64,000 bases of DNA from Sphaerodactylus townsendi (lineage: Eukaryota), in contig NC_059428.1 of the NCBI RefSeq assembly GCF_021028975.2, positions 66,898,001 to 66,962,000 on the forward strand. Direction: 5' to 3'. The translations under genes and the position numbers were made by a program. The first letter of the stretch is position 1. Every line of letters starts with the position of its first letter. The notes beneath the pieces were generated by a model. The model ran no database searches and had not been told where the DNA came from. It saw only the letters and a list, made by a program, of their open reading frames with translations. Of the stretch, positions 10,259 through 22,518 are shown piece by piece.

Positions 10259-11981
10259 AAATGAACACATACAGAACTTCTGTCTTTCAGAAACAGCCTG
10301 CTTATAGACAAGAACAAACACAGATTTAGAAAAGGGAATGGAGGGAAAGGTGATGCAGAAATCCTCAACAGTGTTCTCAAGCTGTAACAAAGGGCAGGGA
10401 AATAAATACTGCTATTGTTTTTCTAGCCAGGAAACTCTGACTTTGTGACCTCTCAATTGCCCTGTCTGCTGACCTTTGAGGATATTTAGCCTGGCAGTTA
10501 ACATCTGTGGTCCCATCAGCAGCAGTGAAATAAAAGGTACTTAATGCAAGGCAGTCTTTTGCAAGGTTAGAGAGGATCAATAGGAGATGTGTTTAATGTG
10601 GTATCACTATCAGGTCTCATCTCACTTTTAAAACTGAAATATCCACAGTGGGACATCGTTGTAGTCACATAGTAGAGAGATCTATAACATAGCAATATTC
10701 TCCCGCCTAGGGTTAGGAAATCTAAAGACTGAGGAAGGGTGAAATAGTAAACGTTAGAATAAAGTAGAATTAATAAATAGCAATTGTACAGCTGGTGTGA
10801 TGAAAAATTGACAGTTTTGAAGCAATCACAGTGGATTTTTTTACAGATTCAATTAACTGTGTTGTGAGATGGGTCAGCACTGCCTTTAGGTGCAAAAAGA
10901 AATTTCTGCTTTTCTTTTGTGTTCAACATACCAGCTGTTTGAAGATAATCCTTTGGGACAAGAGGACAAAACAGCACAGTACGTTCAGGCTCCCATTTAA
11001 AATGCAGTATGTAACAGTTCCTAAAAGAAAGCATCGCCATGCTTACCATGAAGAGAAAAAAGTATTTCACCTCCCAGAAAAAAAGAGCTTGGTGTTGACT
11101 TTGTGTAGCAGAAAAGAAATTCTTTGAAAGAATTAAATCCTGGCAGAAACCAGGACACTGGAAGAACTGCTTCGCCACATGATGTGTTTCCTATAGAATA
11201 TGTAATCTAAATTTTGAAATCATTATTAATAATTTCAGCAGAAGTTGCTCCAACTATGAAAAGTGCCTTACAGCTAATATCATGCTTAGCCCTTCACTTC
11301 ATAGCAAACCTCAGTGGGAAGTCACTACCATTTCCATTTTACAGATATGAACTGAAACCAAAAGATTCTGACTTGCCCATGGCCATTCCTTGAATCCCTG
11401 TAATAGATTACCTAAATCCAGGTCCCCAGAGCTATTTATTGGCCCATCTTGTTCCTTATATTACATATTTTAACCCCATAATAGATGACCCTGAAGACTG
11501 AAGGCAAGCTAAGACCACCCTTAGTAGTCTATTTCCTGCATAACATTGGTCCCTGTCTTGATTAAGGAGGACTGTTTCCCATGTTACATGACCACAAATA
11601 CCAGGCTGCTTGCTTGAGGAGGAGAATTGAATGCATTTGTCCTTCGTCTTTCCAGCACCAGTAGAAAAGCTGTTGCTATTCAGCTTTAATTGTTATGCTG
11701 CCCTGAATTAATTTTTTTGTAATTCAAGGTCATAGCTTTGGTTATTCCTTGAACCACCATTCAGTCACATCACTTATCTTCACTTTCTGCTGCTAGTTGT
11801 GTATATTAGAATGTATTTTGGGGTGGCCCATGAAAAGGAAGCAAATGGACTGCATCACACTCTTGCTATTCATTCAAATGCTGCTCCTTCCAGACAGCAG
11901 AATTAACCATTGTCATGTAGACTGTTCTGTAGACTGTCATGTAGACTCTCTTGTATAGAAGGACTGAAAAACTTAAATCTC

Positions 11982-12054
11982 TGGCCATGCTGACAGAGGC
12001 TGATGGGAATTGTAGTTCCTGAACATCTGGAGAGCCGTAGGTTCCCTACCCCTG
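11982..12054. mobile_element. Half copy (right arm) of the 148-bp hAT MITE
   Basis: Matches 6619-6691 with a few substitutions and is followed by 'ctctagaa' (NTCTAGAN-type target). Confidence 0.88.
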
Positions 12055-12924
12055 CTCTAGAACAAGGGGCAACAAGGAGAGTTAACATGGCAGCTTTTAA
12101 TTGATTGTATGAAGATTTTACCATATCAAATAATAGAACATGGAACAACCCTCCATTGTCTAATTAGTTGTCTGGTTGGAATTTGCATTGCTTCTAACCT
12201 AATTTGCTGGTCTGGAAATTTAAATATATAGTTTCCGTGGTTTTGTACTAGATCCCTTATACAATCTATTACGGAGTTCCAGATTTTCCTTGTTAAATTT
12301 TGAAAACAGACTCTTGGTTTATTCCACAATTTCCCTTTTTGTGCTTGCCTAGACACCTGAGTTAATAAACAGTTATGCACAAAGTTTCCATTCCAAGCTA
12401 CTCATGATACATTCACAGCGGAGAAATTGATAGTCCCCTTTTAGGTCAGAATCTGGGCCAGCAGCAGCACTTCCCTGAAACTGTAATATGATCTTTGAGG
12501 AACTAGAGAAGAGACAGAGATGTCAAGGGAGAAGCTGAGAGAACTGGATTTTTGACAATTTAGGAAGCCAAAAGAAATTAAAAAATGTTTCCTGGTTTCT
12601 CCTTTTAAACTCTTCTCCTCCAGCTTTTTAAACCAGAGGTAAACTTACTTATCCATCATTATGACTAAACCTTATGCCATAAAGCTGGTTCTGTAGCTAA
12701 CTGTATTATCTAGTGCTGATGGTTCAATTTTTATTGCAAAAATGGACATTGTACAGGGCACAAGTATGTTGGCAACACGCTCCCTACCTTTCAATTTTTC
12801 ACAGGTTTTTTCCACGCTTGTTCATAACTATTATTTCATTCTGCTGCTGATTTGGAATAAGATTTTTTTTCTTGCAAGGACTTCTTGACTGCATGATTCC
12901 AGCCTATCAGGGATCATGCAGAGA

Positions 12925-13285
12925 AGGAGGCGGCCCGCGACTTACCGCGGCCGCCATTTGCCGCCAGGGAAAGGGGGCAGCATCATGCTCCTCTGCCTCT
13001 TCCGGCTGGGCGGGGGCGGGCCCGTCGCCCAGTGATGAGGCCACCGTGGCCTCGCTTGTTGATTGGCTGGGGGTGACGTCAGGTCGCAGAGCCCTGGAGT
13101 CAGCTGCCCAGACCGCACCTTCCCCATTTAAACTGGGGGCCCGGGACCCGCGTCGCGGCCCCTCTTTAAAGCAAAGCCTGGGGGGGGGTCTGGCAGCCCT
13201 GCTTTGGAAGGTTGGGGAGCAGCTTACGCCCCCCCTCAGCAAATGGGATTCTTCCAGGAGAATCGCGACCCCACTCCGCCCGTCT
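12925..13285. promoter_or_regulatory. Compact CpG island with promoter motifs (gene promoter or retroelement terminal repeat)
   Basis: Many CpGs. YY1-like GCCGCCATTT 12950-12959, ETS CTTCCGG 12999-13005, GC boxes 13008-13020, ATTGG 13062, CRE TGACGTCA 13074-13081, TATA-like ATTTAAA 13126. Confidence 0.5.
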
Positions 13286-13653
13286 GGAAATCCTCCTTTC
13301 ATTGCTGCCCTCCTGTTAACTCAAGGGTGAGTTCATTTTCCTCAAACAGCGGGTTTTGAGGAAAGCTGCTTTGGGTCAGCCTGCCTGGCTGCCCAGCTAT
13401 CAGATCAGACCCCCATGCTGTGCCACGCTCTTCTGTCTTCCTGCCAATAAATGCTATGGCTATGGCCAATTTTATTACCACAAATAAAGTGTCTGTGTTT
13501 ATTTTAATAAGTTGTGTGTTTGTTGACATGCCATTCATCCCTCCCTCTGGGGGCTAATGACTACCACATTGTTACCAATTAGACTTGGTGCCACAGAAGA
13601 TAAATGAAGCCCTCCCAATGCTCTCATGCTGAATGGAGGGAAAAAGCAAATTG

Positions 13654-14735
13654 CAGGGGCATATCTAGAGAAAATTGTGCTGGGGCAAGGACTGAAGCTC
13701 CCCCTCCGCCTTGAAACAGACTGAGACAGAGGACAGTTTTTTCTGGGAAACTGGAGAGGGGAGGACCCCAAATTTACAAATCTGTATTTGCCAAAAGAGA
13801 TTAAATGTGCAAAGATCCAAAGAAGTAAACTAGGAGTTAAAGTAAAAGTACCAGCAGAGACCTGAACAAAAACTGCTGAAGGCAGGACCCCAGTGCCAAG
13901 TCCCTGCTCAAAGGCCTCATCCAGACTTGCGCCATGAATTTCCAGTGCCCCTTGGAATGGGCCCCTGCATCCCAGGCATAGTCCTTGTGCCTGCTGCTTA
14001 CTGGAGGAAGCCATGGTGTTCCAACCCCTGCATTTCCTCCCTTCCTCCATGCTTGCTGGTGTCTCCAGCTGGACTTGAAAGGATGCAGTGGCCAGGATCA
14101 AAAGCTACCAGGGCCAAGCACATATGGCCAACTGGCCTGAGCTGTGGTGCAGGGAGCATAACAACCATGTCCCTGAGGGCTCTGTGTCCCTGGTCCCCAC
14201 TGCTCACCCAGCCATGTGCATTTGGCCTCAGCCAGTGGCACTTTGGCCAGTGGCGCACACGCATTGCAGCCCCATTCCCAAGCTGCTGGCTCACAACAGA
14301 ACGTAGAATTCAGCCACCCAGCTTGGGGATGGGGGGCAGAGGAGGAGGGATGCTTCTGAGCAAGTGGGACAGAGATTTGTCAGTGGAGACAGTCTTAGGT
14401 GCCTCAGGAGGTGGGAGCACATGAGCCTGCCTTGGGTCTGTTCTGCCCTTGCCTTGCCTTCTCCACACACATCCACATTGGGAGCCTCTGAGCTTGGGTA
14501 AGAGGTGGGCCAATGGCAGCAGGTGGCTAGCAGATATATATAGCAGCAGCCTGAGGCAGCAGGTGATGCAGGCTGGGGGGTGGGGTTGCAGAAGGAGGAA
14601 GCACCATGGCAGGCCGCCCACAGTTCCTTGCTGCTGGAGGGAAGGGGTTTAGCAGCTGAATGTGCCCTCCTTGTGACACATGCAAATAGTGCCTGGGGCA
14701 TTGGCCCCCTCTGTCCCACTCTAAATATGCCTCTG
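13654..14735. mobile_element. Non-autonomous hAT element, 1082 bp
   Basis: TIRs CAGGGGCATATCTAGAG and CTCTAAATATGCCTCTG. Perfect 8-bp TSD GCAAATTG at 13646-13653 and 14736-14743. GC-rich interior with no transposase. Confidence 0.9.
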
Positions 14736-15782
14736 GCAAATTGGCCAGTGCTGCTTTGTCATGGTGCACTGCCATGTTACAATGCTTGCAAACATTAGAT
14801 GGCAAGACTTTTGTCTCCAGATGCAGATACTGATGCATGACTAATTGAGGCAGAATGTGGACAAGGATTAATGAGACTATATTTGAATCATGGAATATCA
14901 ACCCAGTTTCTTCCTGAGAAACATATCTGAACACAGACATAAGTCTGGCATAAAGAGAGATAGCAACATGTCAGGAGGCATTTAAGATCCAGTTTTCAGG
15001 AGAAGCAATGGAATGGATCCAATCATCTTCCAATTAGTTCTCTTTAGAATAACAATACTTCTTCTACCTTTAGAGGCTCTTCCTCCAATAGAAGATCCAC
15101 TAGAGTTAGAGAAAGGCTCCTTGGATTGGAGAAAGGTTTCAATGCTGAACCAGATTAAAGTTGATGTATGCATATTTTAATAAACAAAGAAGCAAATTTT
15201 GCTAGTGTGTAGTAGGACAGGGCTGGAATTCATCTCAGTATTTATTTATTTATTTTGCATTGTATAGATAGAGATGCATTGTCTCCTCTGTCTATTGATG
15301 GCCTTGCAGTTTCTGTGTATGGTCTAGGAAAGGAGAAGAGGATATATTCATGGGAAGCCCACTGTGGATGAAAAAGTTCTAATAATTTAGTTGAGCTGCC
15401 TCAGCTGAGTTGAGTTCATTGAGTTTCAACCCCAGTTTCCTAGGATTATGGTTCCTCAATGAAAACAGCAGTTTCCAGGAAATGGCTTGTTTATTACTAC
15501 TCAACTTCTAAAATATGTTGTCACAGGATATTTTTGGATACATTCTAAATCAAACCCTCAGGTTTTGTCGGGCATAAATTAAGCCTAATCCTTCATGATC
15601 TGTGAGTACGGATCTGAGAATATGATCCATTGAAAACACATTTAAAGGAAATTCATAATTAACTTTTTCCTTAGCCCACTAGAGCCATTATTCTAATTAC
15701 ATCTAACACAAACTCTCTTTTGTTGGTACAATACAGAATACTGGGTTGGATCCAGCCAGGTTTTTTTGCTCAAGCTTGCCAA

Positions 15783-15827
15783 ATTCTACTCCTAACTACC
15801 CCCATTCTACTCCTAACTACCCCCATT
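15783..15827. repeat. 21-bp tandem duplication
   Basis: attctactcctaactaccccc x2. Confidence 0.9.
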
Positions 15828-17480
15828 TTTATTCATACAGGTTCTATAATCCTCAGCATGGACTTTTTTGGATGGAGACCCTTCTGCCATTTTCACCTGA
15901 ATACAAGTTTGTTGGATCCACTCCATTACCAATCCTCCTCTTCCTGCTCCAGACAATGAAACTGAGAGGAAACTACAACTAGTATAAAAGACAGTGGGAT
16001 GCAATAAAATTCACTGCATTTAAGTCGGAGCATCTTTTGGGTTGTCTACAATTTCTTTAAGCTAACGGTTCCAGTCATCTCTAAAGCTAACAAATTGAAC
16101 CATGTCTGACCTTAAGTCCAGTTAGGACTAGCCTTCAGACAAATTCATTACAGAAACTCACTGTGGGACAGTAATTTCCTCTCACTTACTGAAAAGCTGA
16201 CTCAAAGCCTGAATATTATTTCACTATATTATGTCTACTGTTGGCTTCAGCAAATTCTAAAACCAAAACCCATTCCATTCCCTCATGTGCTCAGAATAGT
16301 TATGAGCTTGGACTCTCTGGATCTATAATCTCTCTTTCCTTGGGCACTTTATGGAAAACTTGCAAACTCCTCTTTTATATATTGATTCTTTTAATTTTAG
16401 TCACAATAACAAAATTGCTTAGGGAAGACTGTTAAAGAACCCACAAGTTCAGTTAGACTATTCATTTAGAACGACTCTCCTGAACCCCAACCATTGGGTG
16501 ATTAATGCTGTTTGGCTGTGATTTTCCATTTCAGAAGAGTATTATTTGGGCCCTTTAGGAATAAAGTCAGTTTGATTGTCACGTAAGCAAAAACCTTTTC
16601 AAAGGAGAGGAATGATTTGCCTAAAAGAATCTTGATTTTTTTTGGTACGGTAATCATAAAGTTTTTCAAAGTAAGTTAATTTAATTGTATATGGAAATTA
16701 ATGATCACCGTGGTAGATAGGAAACTTGTAGAGTTATTTTAAAGTCCTCCCATATACCCATAATCTGCTTCACTATTCTTTAACGAAAACCTACAAAAAT
16801 CTCATTATGCCACCACCAATATGAATGTTCTGATCTCCAAGTATGTCTTAATTTTATATTATTAGAAAAAGAGTTATCCTAGTATTAACTTAATCCAGAC
16901 CAGTTTATGCCAGCCAAAGCTGGCAGTAGTGGGCAGTGTAAAAACACCAGGAATCAGATTTTAAGGGCTTTTTAAGTAAATGTGAATTTTTTTTCAAAGG
17001 AAATCCTAATGCATATGGTAGAATGTACAAATCAAGTCCACCCCACCCCCTGAAAATGGCAAAAAGTATAAAAATAACTAAATGCAAATTTCCTTGGTCA
17101 AAAGTCATTTTACACTGCACTGAGTTCAGAATTATTCCATTTCAAAAGTCTGTTCAAATCACTTTCAAAATGTTGCCATGCATCAATTTCTGACAAAAAA
17201 ATTCAGTCGTCTGTTATGTCATCTCATCGTACAACTCCATCACAGTATTCCAACAATAATTACTTTCAGCTACAAGCAACACTGTTCAAAATACTTTGGC
17301 CTCATTCCCTGAGTCTGAACATTTCATTCAATGCAACTTATACAAAGAGCTTTTTGCTGAAATGGGCTGAAAAAAAAGTGGCCACTTGAAAAAATAGGCA
17401 AAAAAGATATTTTAAAATACCATGCAAATGTAAAGAGAGGTGACGTCCACTGGTCATCTGTATGACAAGGCTGCCTTGGA

Positions 17481-17545
17481 TAGGGTTGCAGGTGTCCAGG
17501 TGGGACCTGGGGATCGCCTGCAATTACAGCTCATCTTCCTGGGAT
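17481..17545 (+). mobile_element. hAT/Blackjack-like MITE fragment ('tagggttgcc' family)
   Basis: tagggttgca..ccaggtgggacctggggatc..aattacagctcatct is the reverse complement of part of 41135-41196. Confidence 0.6.
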
Positions 17546-18686
17546 GTGTACTCTTTCAGACTCAGAACAAGGTCTGTCTCTTTTTTTCCTTCGTTGTATG
17601 TGGAGTTTGTAAACCCTGCCCCTCACCCAAACCACCCAATCATCCTTTCCTCCCAGCTTCCCTCCCAGTGACCATGTCTGTCAGTGAGGGAGGTGTTGGT
17701 CTTTCCTACCTTCTCCCCCTATAGCTGGTTGTCCACAATGCCATCCCCTGGCCTCTGCAGCTTCAGGAGGTGACTGAACCAAGCCAGCCTCCTCAACCTT
17801 GCCTCTCCTGGTCCTCCTTGTAGCCTTGGGACATCCTAGAGCGATGATGCCAGTGAAACACAGGTTGCTGTTGTTGCCTCCCACCTTCTCCCAGCTGGGC
17901 TCTGGAAACTGCTAGAAGTGTCAGTGCATGCACTTGAATGGTGCTGCCTTGATCGCTGTATCTTCTGCTGGACAGGGCTCTTTGGGCTGCTGGGGCTGCC
18001 ACAATAAGTCTGGGTCTGTCAGTGCTTTGGATGCTGCTCCCCACCCTCTTGGGGGTCATGGGGGTTGCACAATCTGGGCCTGGATGTATGCATAAGAATA
18101 TAACAACTTTAGGCTGACATATCAGTATTTCATTGTCCTATATGTTAGTACAGTTTTAATAATGTTTTTTCCATTAGATTTAATAATATTCTTTCCAATT
18201 AGTTTTAATAATATTTTTCAGCAATACAGCAAAAATTGTTTAGTGAAAACCATAAATAAAGAATAGAATAATAACCAGATTTGCAGTTACACTCTGTAAA
18301 TTGCACAATATAGACCTATCAATTCAGTACTGGTGTTTGTACTTTGGACTTCCTGTTTTCTTGCAAATTTGCATTTTGTTTGATAATAATCTGAGACTCC
18401 TATTTATCTTACAGCTTATTTGCTGTTAGTATTAGCAATGCAAAACTATTTTTGCTATTCATCTACTTTGTGTCTTACACAGAACTATGTAGGGCTACTG
18501 AGAACTGTCATCCTCTTATTTATGACTAGTGCATTGAAAAATAATGGTGATTTCAGGAACCTATATAATATTCCTCTCCCTGGCTTGCTATTGAAATATT
18601 AGACCACATGACAATATGCGTATCCAAACAAATTTTCCGTAAATACTGAGGAGACAAGAAATAAACAAAGGGGTGGCATAGAGGTT

Positions 18687-18769
18687 ATAAGAACATAAGA
18701 ACATAAGAACTAGCCTGCTGGATCAGACCAGAGTCCAACTAGTCCAGCACTCTGCTACTCGCAGTGGCC
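18687..18769 (-). mobile_element. CR1-type LINE/SINE 3' tail
   Basis: (ATAAGAAC)3 octamer tail followed by 'tagcctgctggatcagaccagagtcca.ctagtccagc', typical of squamate CR1 3' ends. Confidence 0.7.
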
Positions 18770-19370
18770 TACAAATAGTATTCATGGGTCCAAAGACTCA
18801 GGAAAACTAAAAGTATACAATGTAAGAAAGAAATCATTTTAAAAAATAGATCCAGGTAGGGCTGAGCACAATAAACTTATTGATTACTATAATATTTTGA
18901 GTGAAACTGAAAAACAATGTCTAAATTTGATTTGGCAATGCCTGCTAAATAATTAATTTAACCCCCCTCACTTTATTTGCTTCAGTAAAATCATTGTGTA
19001 GCCAGATCTGATTGGCTATGTAGTGTAGTTCCATTACACTATTCATTGATTGACCAAAATGGCCCCAGGTGACTAACACAGATAGAAGAAAGAAGCAGCA
19101 AAGGCATCACAAAAGCAGTAAGCAAGGAAACAAAGGCATTGAATATGATTTGTAAAAAGTAATTTTACAATCAGAATGCTTTAGGCAATATTTCACACTT
19201 CCATCCATTTATGTCCAAAATCATCTTTTTTTGACTTTCAGACCAAGAACATTCAGAACAGAGTGGATATATAGCACTTACGTTCTGACTGATCTTTCAA
19301 ATTTCTCATTTTTTTCTCATAAACTAGGCAAAAAATTCTGTTGGAATAATGCACTTCCTGCACAGAGGCA

Positions 19371-19776
19371 CAGAGGCAAAGCTACCAGGGGATGGGGGTC
19401 GCATTGGTCTGGGCACATGCCTGGGGGAGCGGAAAATCGCCCCCTACCCCCCTGCCCCTCGTGGCTACCCTGTCCCCCACACTTACTTCAGATCATCCTG
19501 AAAGAGCAGGCTGGAAAAAGCGGCCTGTTCACTTGAGGCTGAAAATGGCCAGGTGGGAACTATACTTCCCAGGAGACCTTGTGAGCCCCAAGGTCTCCTG
19601 GGAAGTGAAGTTCCCACCAGGCTGTTTTCAGCCTCAAGTGAACAGGCCGCTTTTTCCAGCATGCACTTTCAGGATGAACTAAGGTAAGTGGGACGGTGTC
19701 ATGGGGGGGGATTTCCACCCCCCAGGTGTGCGCCCAGTGAAATGCGCACCCCCCCCCCCGCCATGTGGTACCTCTG
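19371..19776. mobile_element. hAT-like non-autonomous element with ~185-bp internal hairpin
   Basis: Ends cagaggc and cctctg. Inverted arms at 19493-19581 and 19588-19678. The right end matches the reverse complement of 37934-37998. No TSD found. Confidence 0.7.
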
Positions 19777-19871
19777 CCTCTGGATTAATGGGCTTCAGAA
19801 GAGCCAGTCTTTTTCCAGGCAAGAGGAATACAGATGCTAGAGCAGACACTAGATCATGTAACAATACTAGG

Positions 19872-19872
<1 letters not shown>

Positions 19873-19924
<52 letters not shown>
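19873..19924. repeat. (CT)n microsatellite
   Basis: About 25 uninterrupted CT units. Confidence 0.98.
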
Positions 19925-19925
<1 letters not shown>

Positions 19926-21699
19926 AGGCTTCTTGGCAGCATGGGAAGGTTCAAAATGCAAAAAAACTTCCTTCTGCTGGGAAGTCACCATTGGGTTTAA
20001 TTGATTTACACCATCTTTTTGGTGCCCAAGTCTGAAGCCCTGGCTTCCAGTGCACCAGGGTCAATGGCTGGAAGGGAGTCAACATTATGCCAGCAGCAGC
20101 AGTGGCACAGGGACACAGCAGCATCCAGCTCCACCTCCCACTGCTGGCAAGGGCTGCAGTGGCCACCTGGCAACAGATTCACCCCTCCACCAGGGCAAGT
20201 GGCCAGAGGAGGGCAAATCCATCAGTGGGCCCCACCCACTGGCATATTTACCCTCATTTGGATGGGGCTGTCAGAAACTGAAAAAAGTCCCAGACACAGT
20301 GAAATTTTTACTATTAAGCACAACCTCTTTTGTGCATCTCAACGCAACCCAGCAATTCAACAAGAGCTTGGGAATCACATACACAGGGGGGCTTCTACTG
20401 TGACATATCCTGAAGAAGCCCACAGTTTTCTATTATTCTTATGTATTTAAAAATGTATATATGTCTTCTACAAGATTTTTTTAAAGTTATCCTATTGATG
20501 AAAGTAAAGCAGTTGTACACATTTACTTACAAACAATTCAAATAAAGTAAAATTTAATACAGGAAACTTGGGGCTATTTATTACCAAGCAAAAATGCTTC
20601 CAGCAAGTTCTGCACCCTCAAAAAATTTTCTCACTATTTGAAATTGAAAGGTGTGTTGTTATATCACTAAGGAGCCAGATCCCATATACTTCAGAGAATG
20701 GAATAACCCAGAGTGAACTGGAAAATGGTTACCTCCCTTGCTGTATTTCTACAGTAGGATGCATGGGATCTGAAGCTAGGACAGACCAGAGAAGAGTTAC
20801 AGCCTAGAAAGTTGGTAGGAACTATATTATTTATGTCACAGCTGAGTATTTCTGATACATCTATATTTAAGTCTTAGCACTCTCAGCAGCTGTTCTAATA
20901 TCAGTGGTCTGTATCCCCTAAAGCCCAGGCAATGTGCGGAGCCAAACTGTACTCCAGGGGCTCCTTCTCAAAGGCATGTACATCATTCATTCTTACCACT
21001 TGCTAGCTCACCGATAAATTGCAAACTACACCCACTGAAAAGTTATTACATTTCAAGCAATGTGAAATGATACAAATGTTTAGTAGGCGTTGCTGGATCT
21101 GCATAGGCTCATTCAGTGCTTACAAGTTATCTCTTCATGCTTTCATCAACTGATAAGCATGCAATTTGCAGATGGAAGCAAGAAACAATAGTCTTCTGAA
21201 AACACATATAAGAAATAGCCACTGGGCATCATCTTATTCAGGGCTAGCTGGGACCCTGCTTTCTCGTGCACTGAATGGGATCTGTTTAAAAACAAAGAAA
21301 AAACTTTTGATCTATATGTAGATCAGAATTTTCCTGTCAAAAAATGGAAGAGAAGTAATGGATCAAAGAAAGGCATGAGGGTACTATAATTATACTTTAT
21401 GTGTAATAATTGCCCTTTTGCTTGAGCAAAGACTTGCAGGGAGTATGCACCGAGGTCCTGGGAGGGCTTACTTGTAAGTGGTTTTTGTCCCTTGAGTTTC
21501 TAGGAGATTGCATTGGGGGAGGGGAAATTAGATTTAGACTCAAAGGGCCAATACATTAAAATCTATCTTCTCCTGTGTGACTGAAAAAGTGGTAGCATGT
21601 GGGTCTAGCTTTAAAAACCAGACATATCTATTCCATCCCCCACCCCATGAGTTTAAAAATGAACATTTTACAATGTTTTCAGGCTCTGTAATAAAAAGT

Positions 21700-21935
21700 T
21701 TCAATTCAATATGTATTGTATGTTTTATCCTGCTCTTACTGCACTATCTTCTACTTTTTAAATCAATGTTCATTGTTTATGATGTTTTGTGTCTTATATC
21801 TTTTTCTTTTGCATTATTTTTCTACCTTTGTCATCCTAGTACTTTTATTTTGTTTAGTGGGTATCTTGAGCTGTCTGATTATGTCTTGAGTCTCAGCAAG
21901 AAAGTTGGGTTATAAATAAAGACAGAAAGAAAGGA
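21700..21935 (+). mobile_element. Old L2-like LINE 3' end
   Basis: T-rich tract, then 'cttgagtctcagcaagaaagttgggttataaataaa' and an A-rich tail. Confidence 0.45.
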
Positions 21936-22518
21936 AAAATTTGTGCACTGCAGATATCAAACAGTAACATGCTGCATTCAGGCTGTCAAACATCAACAGA
22001 AATTTATATTTTTCAATGAACTCATGTCAAGTGTAAGTATCACAACATAAACCCATAAGGTTGTCATCCATATATACTATTTATAACAATTCAATTGGGC
22101 TATCTCATTTAACATATCCACACCCAATACCGGAGTTTTCTCTTCAAATTGTCAGTTCATTCAAATTTCATTATAGTCAAATCAACAACTCATGCACAAA
22201 TTATTGTTGTAGTAGAAAAGTCACTTCATTATAGTGAAATCAGTGAAGAAACGCATCGCGGGTATCCAGCATTTTTCGGAGTCTTCGTCAGTATCACCAA
22301 TCAGGTAAGTCATTTAACCATACTTAAATTCCAACCTCAGCGTAAAGATTATTCACAGGCTGTCAATGGGTAATCTGTGAATAAACGTCACAACTACACT
22401 GTTACAATTCATTCTATACAATTATACATAGTTATACAATAAATATATATTCATTGATAAATTCATTGATAAATTTCTGATTTAGTTTGATTTGTTCCAT
22501 CTGTAAACATAACCCAGC

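Noticed and set aside
12872-14940. Cluster of 100-190-aa ORFs
   Set aside because: They overlap on both strands in GC-rich DNA, mostly inside a TSD-bounded hAT element, and show no domain similarity I recognise.
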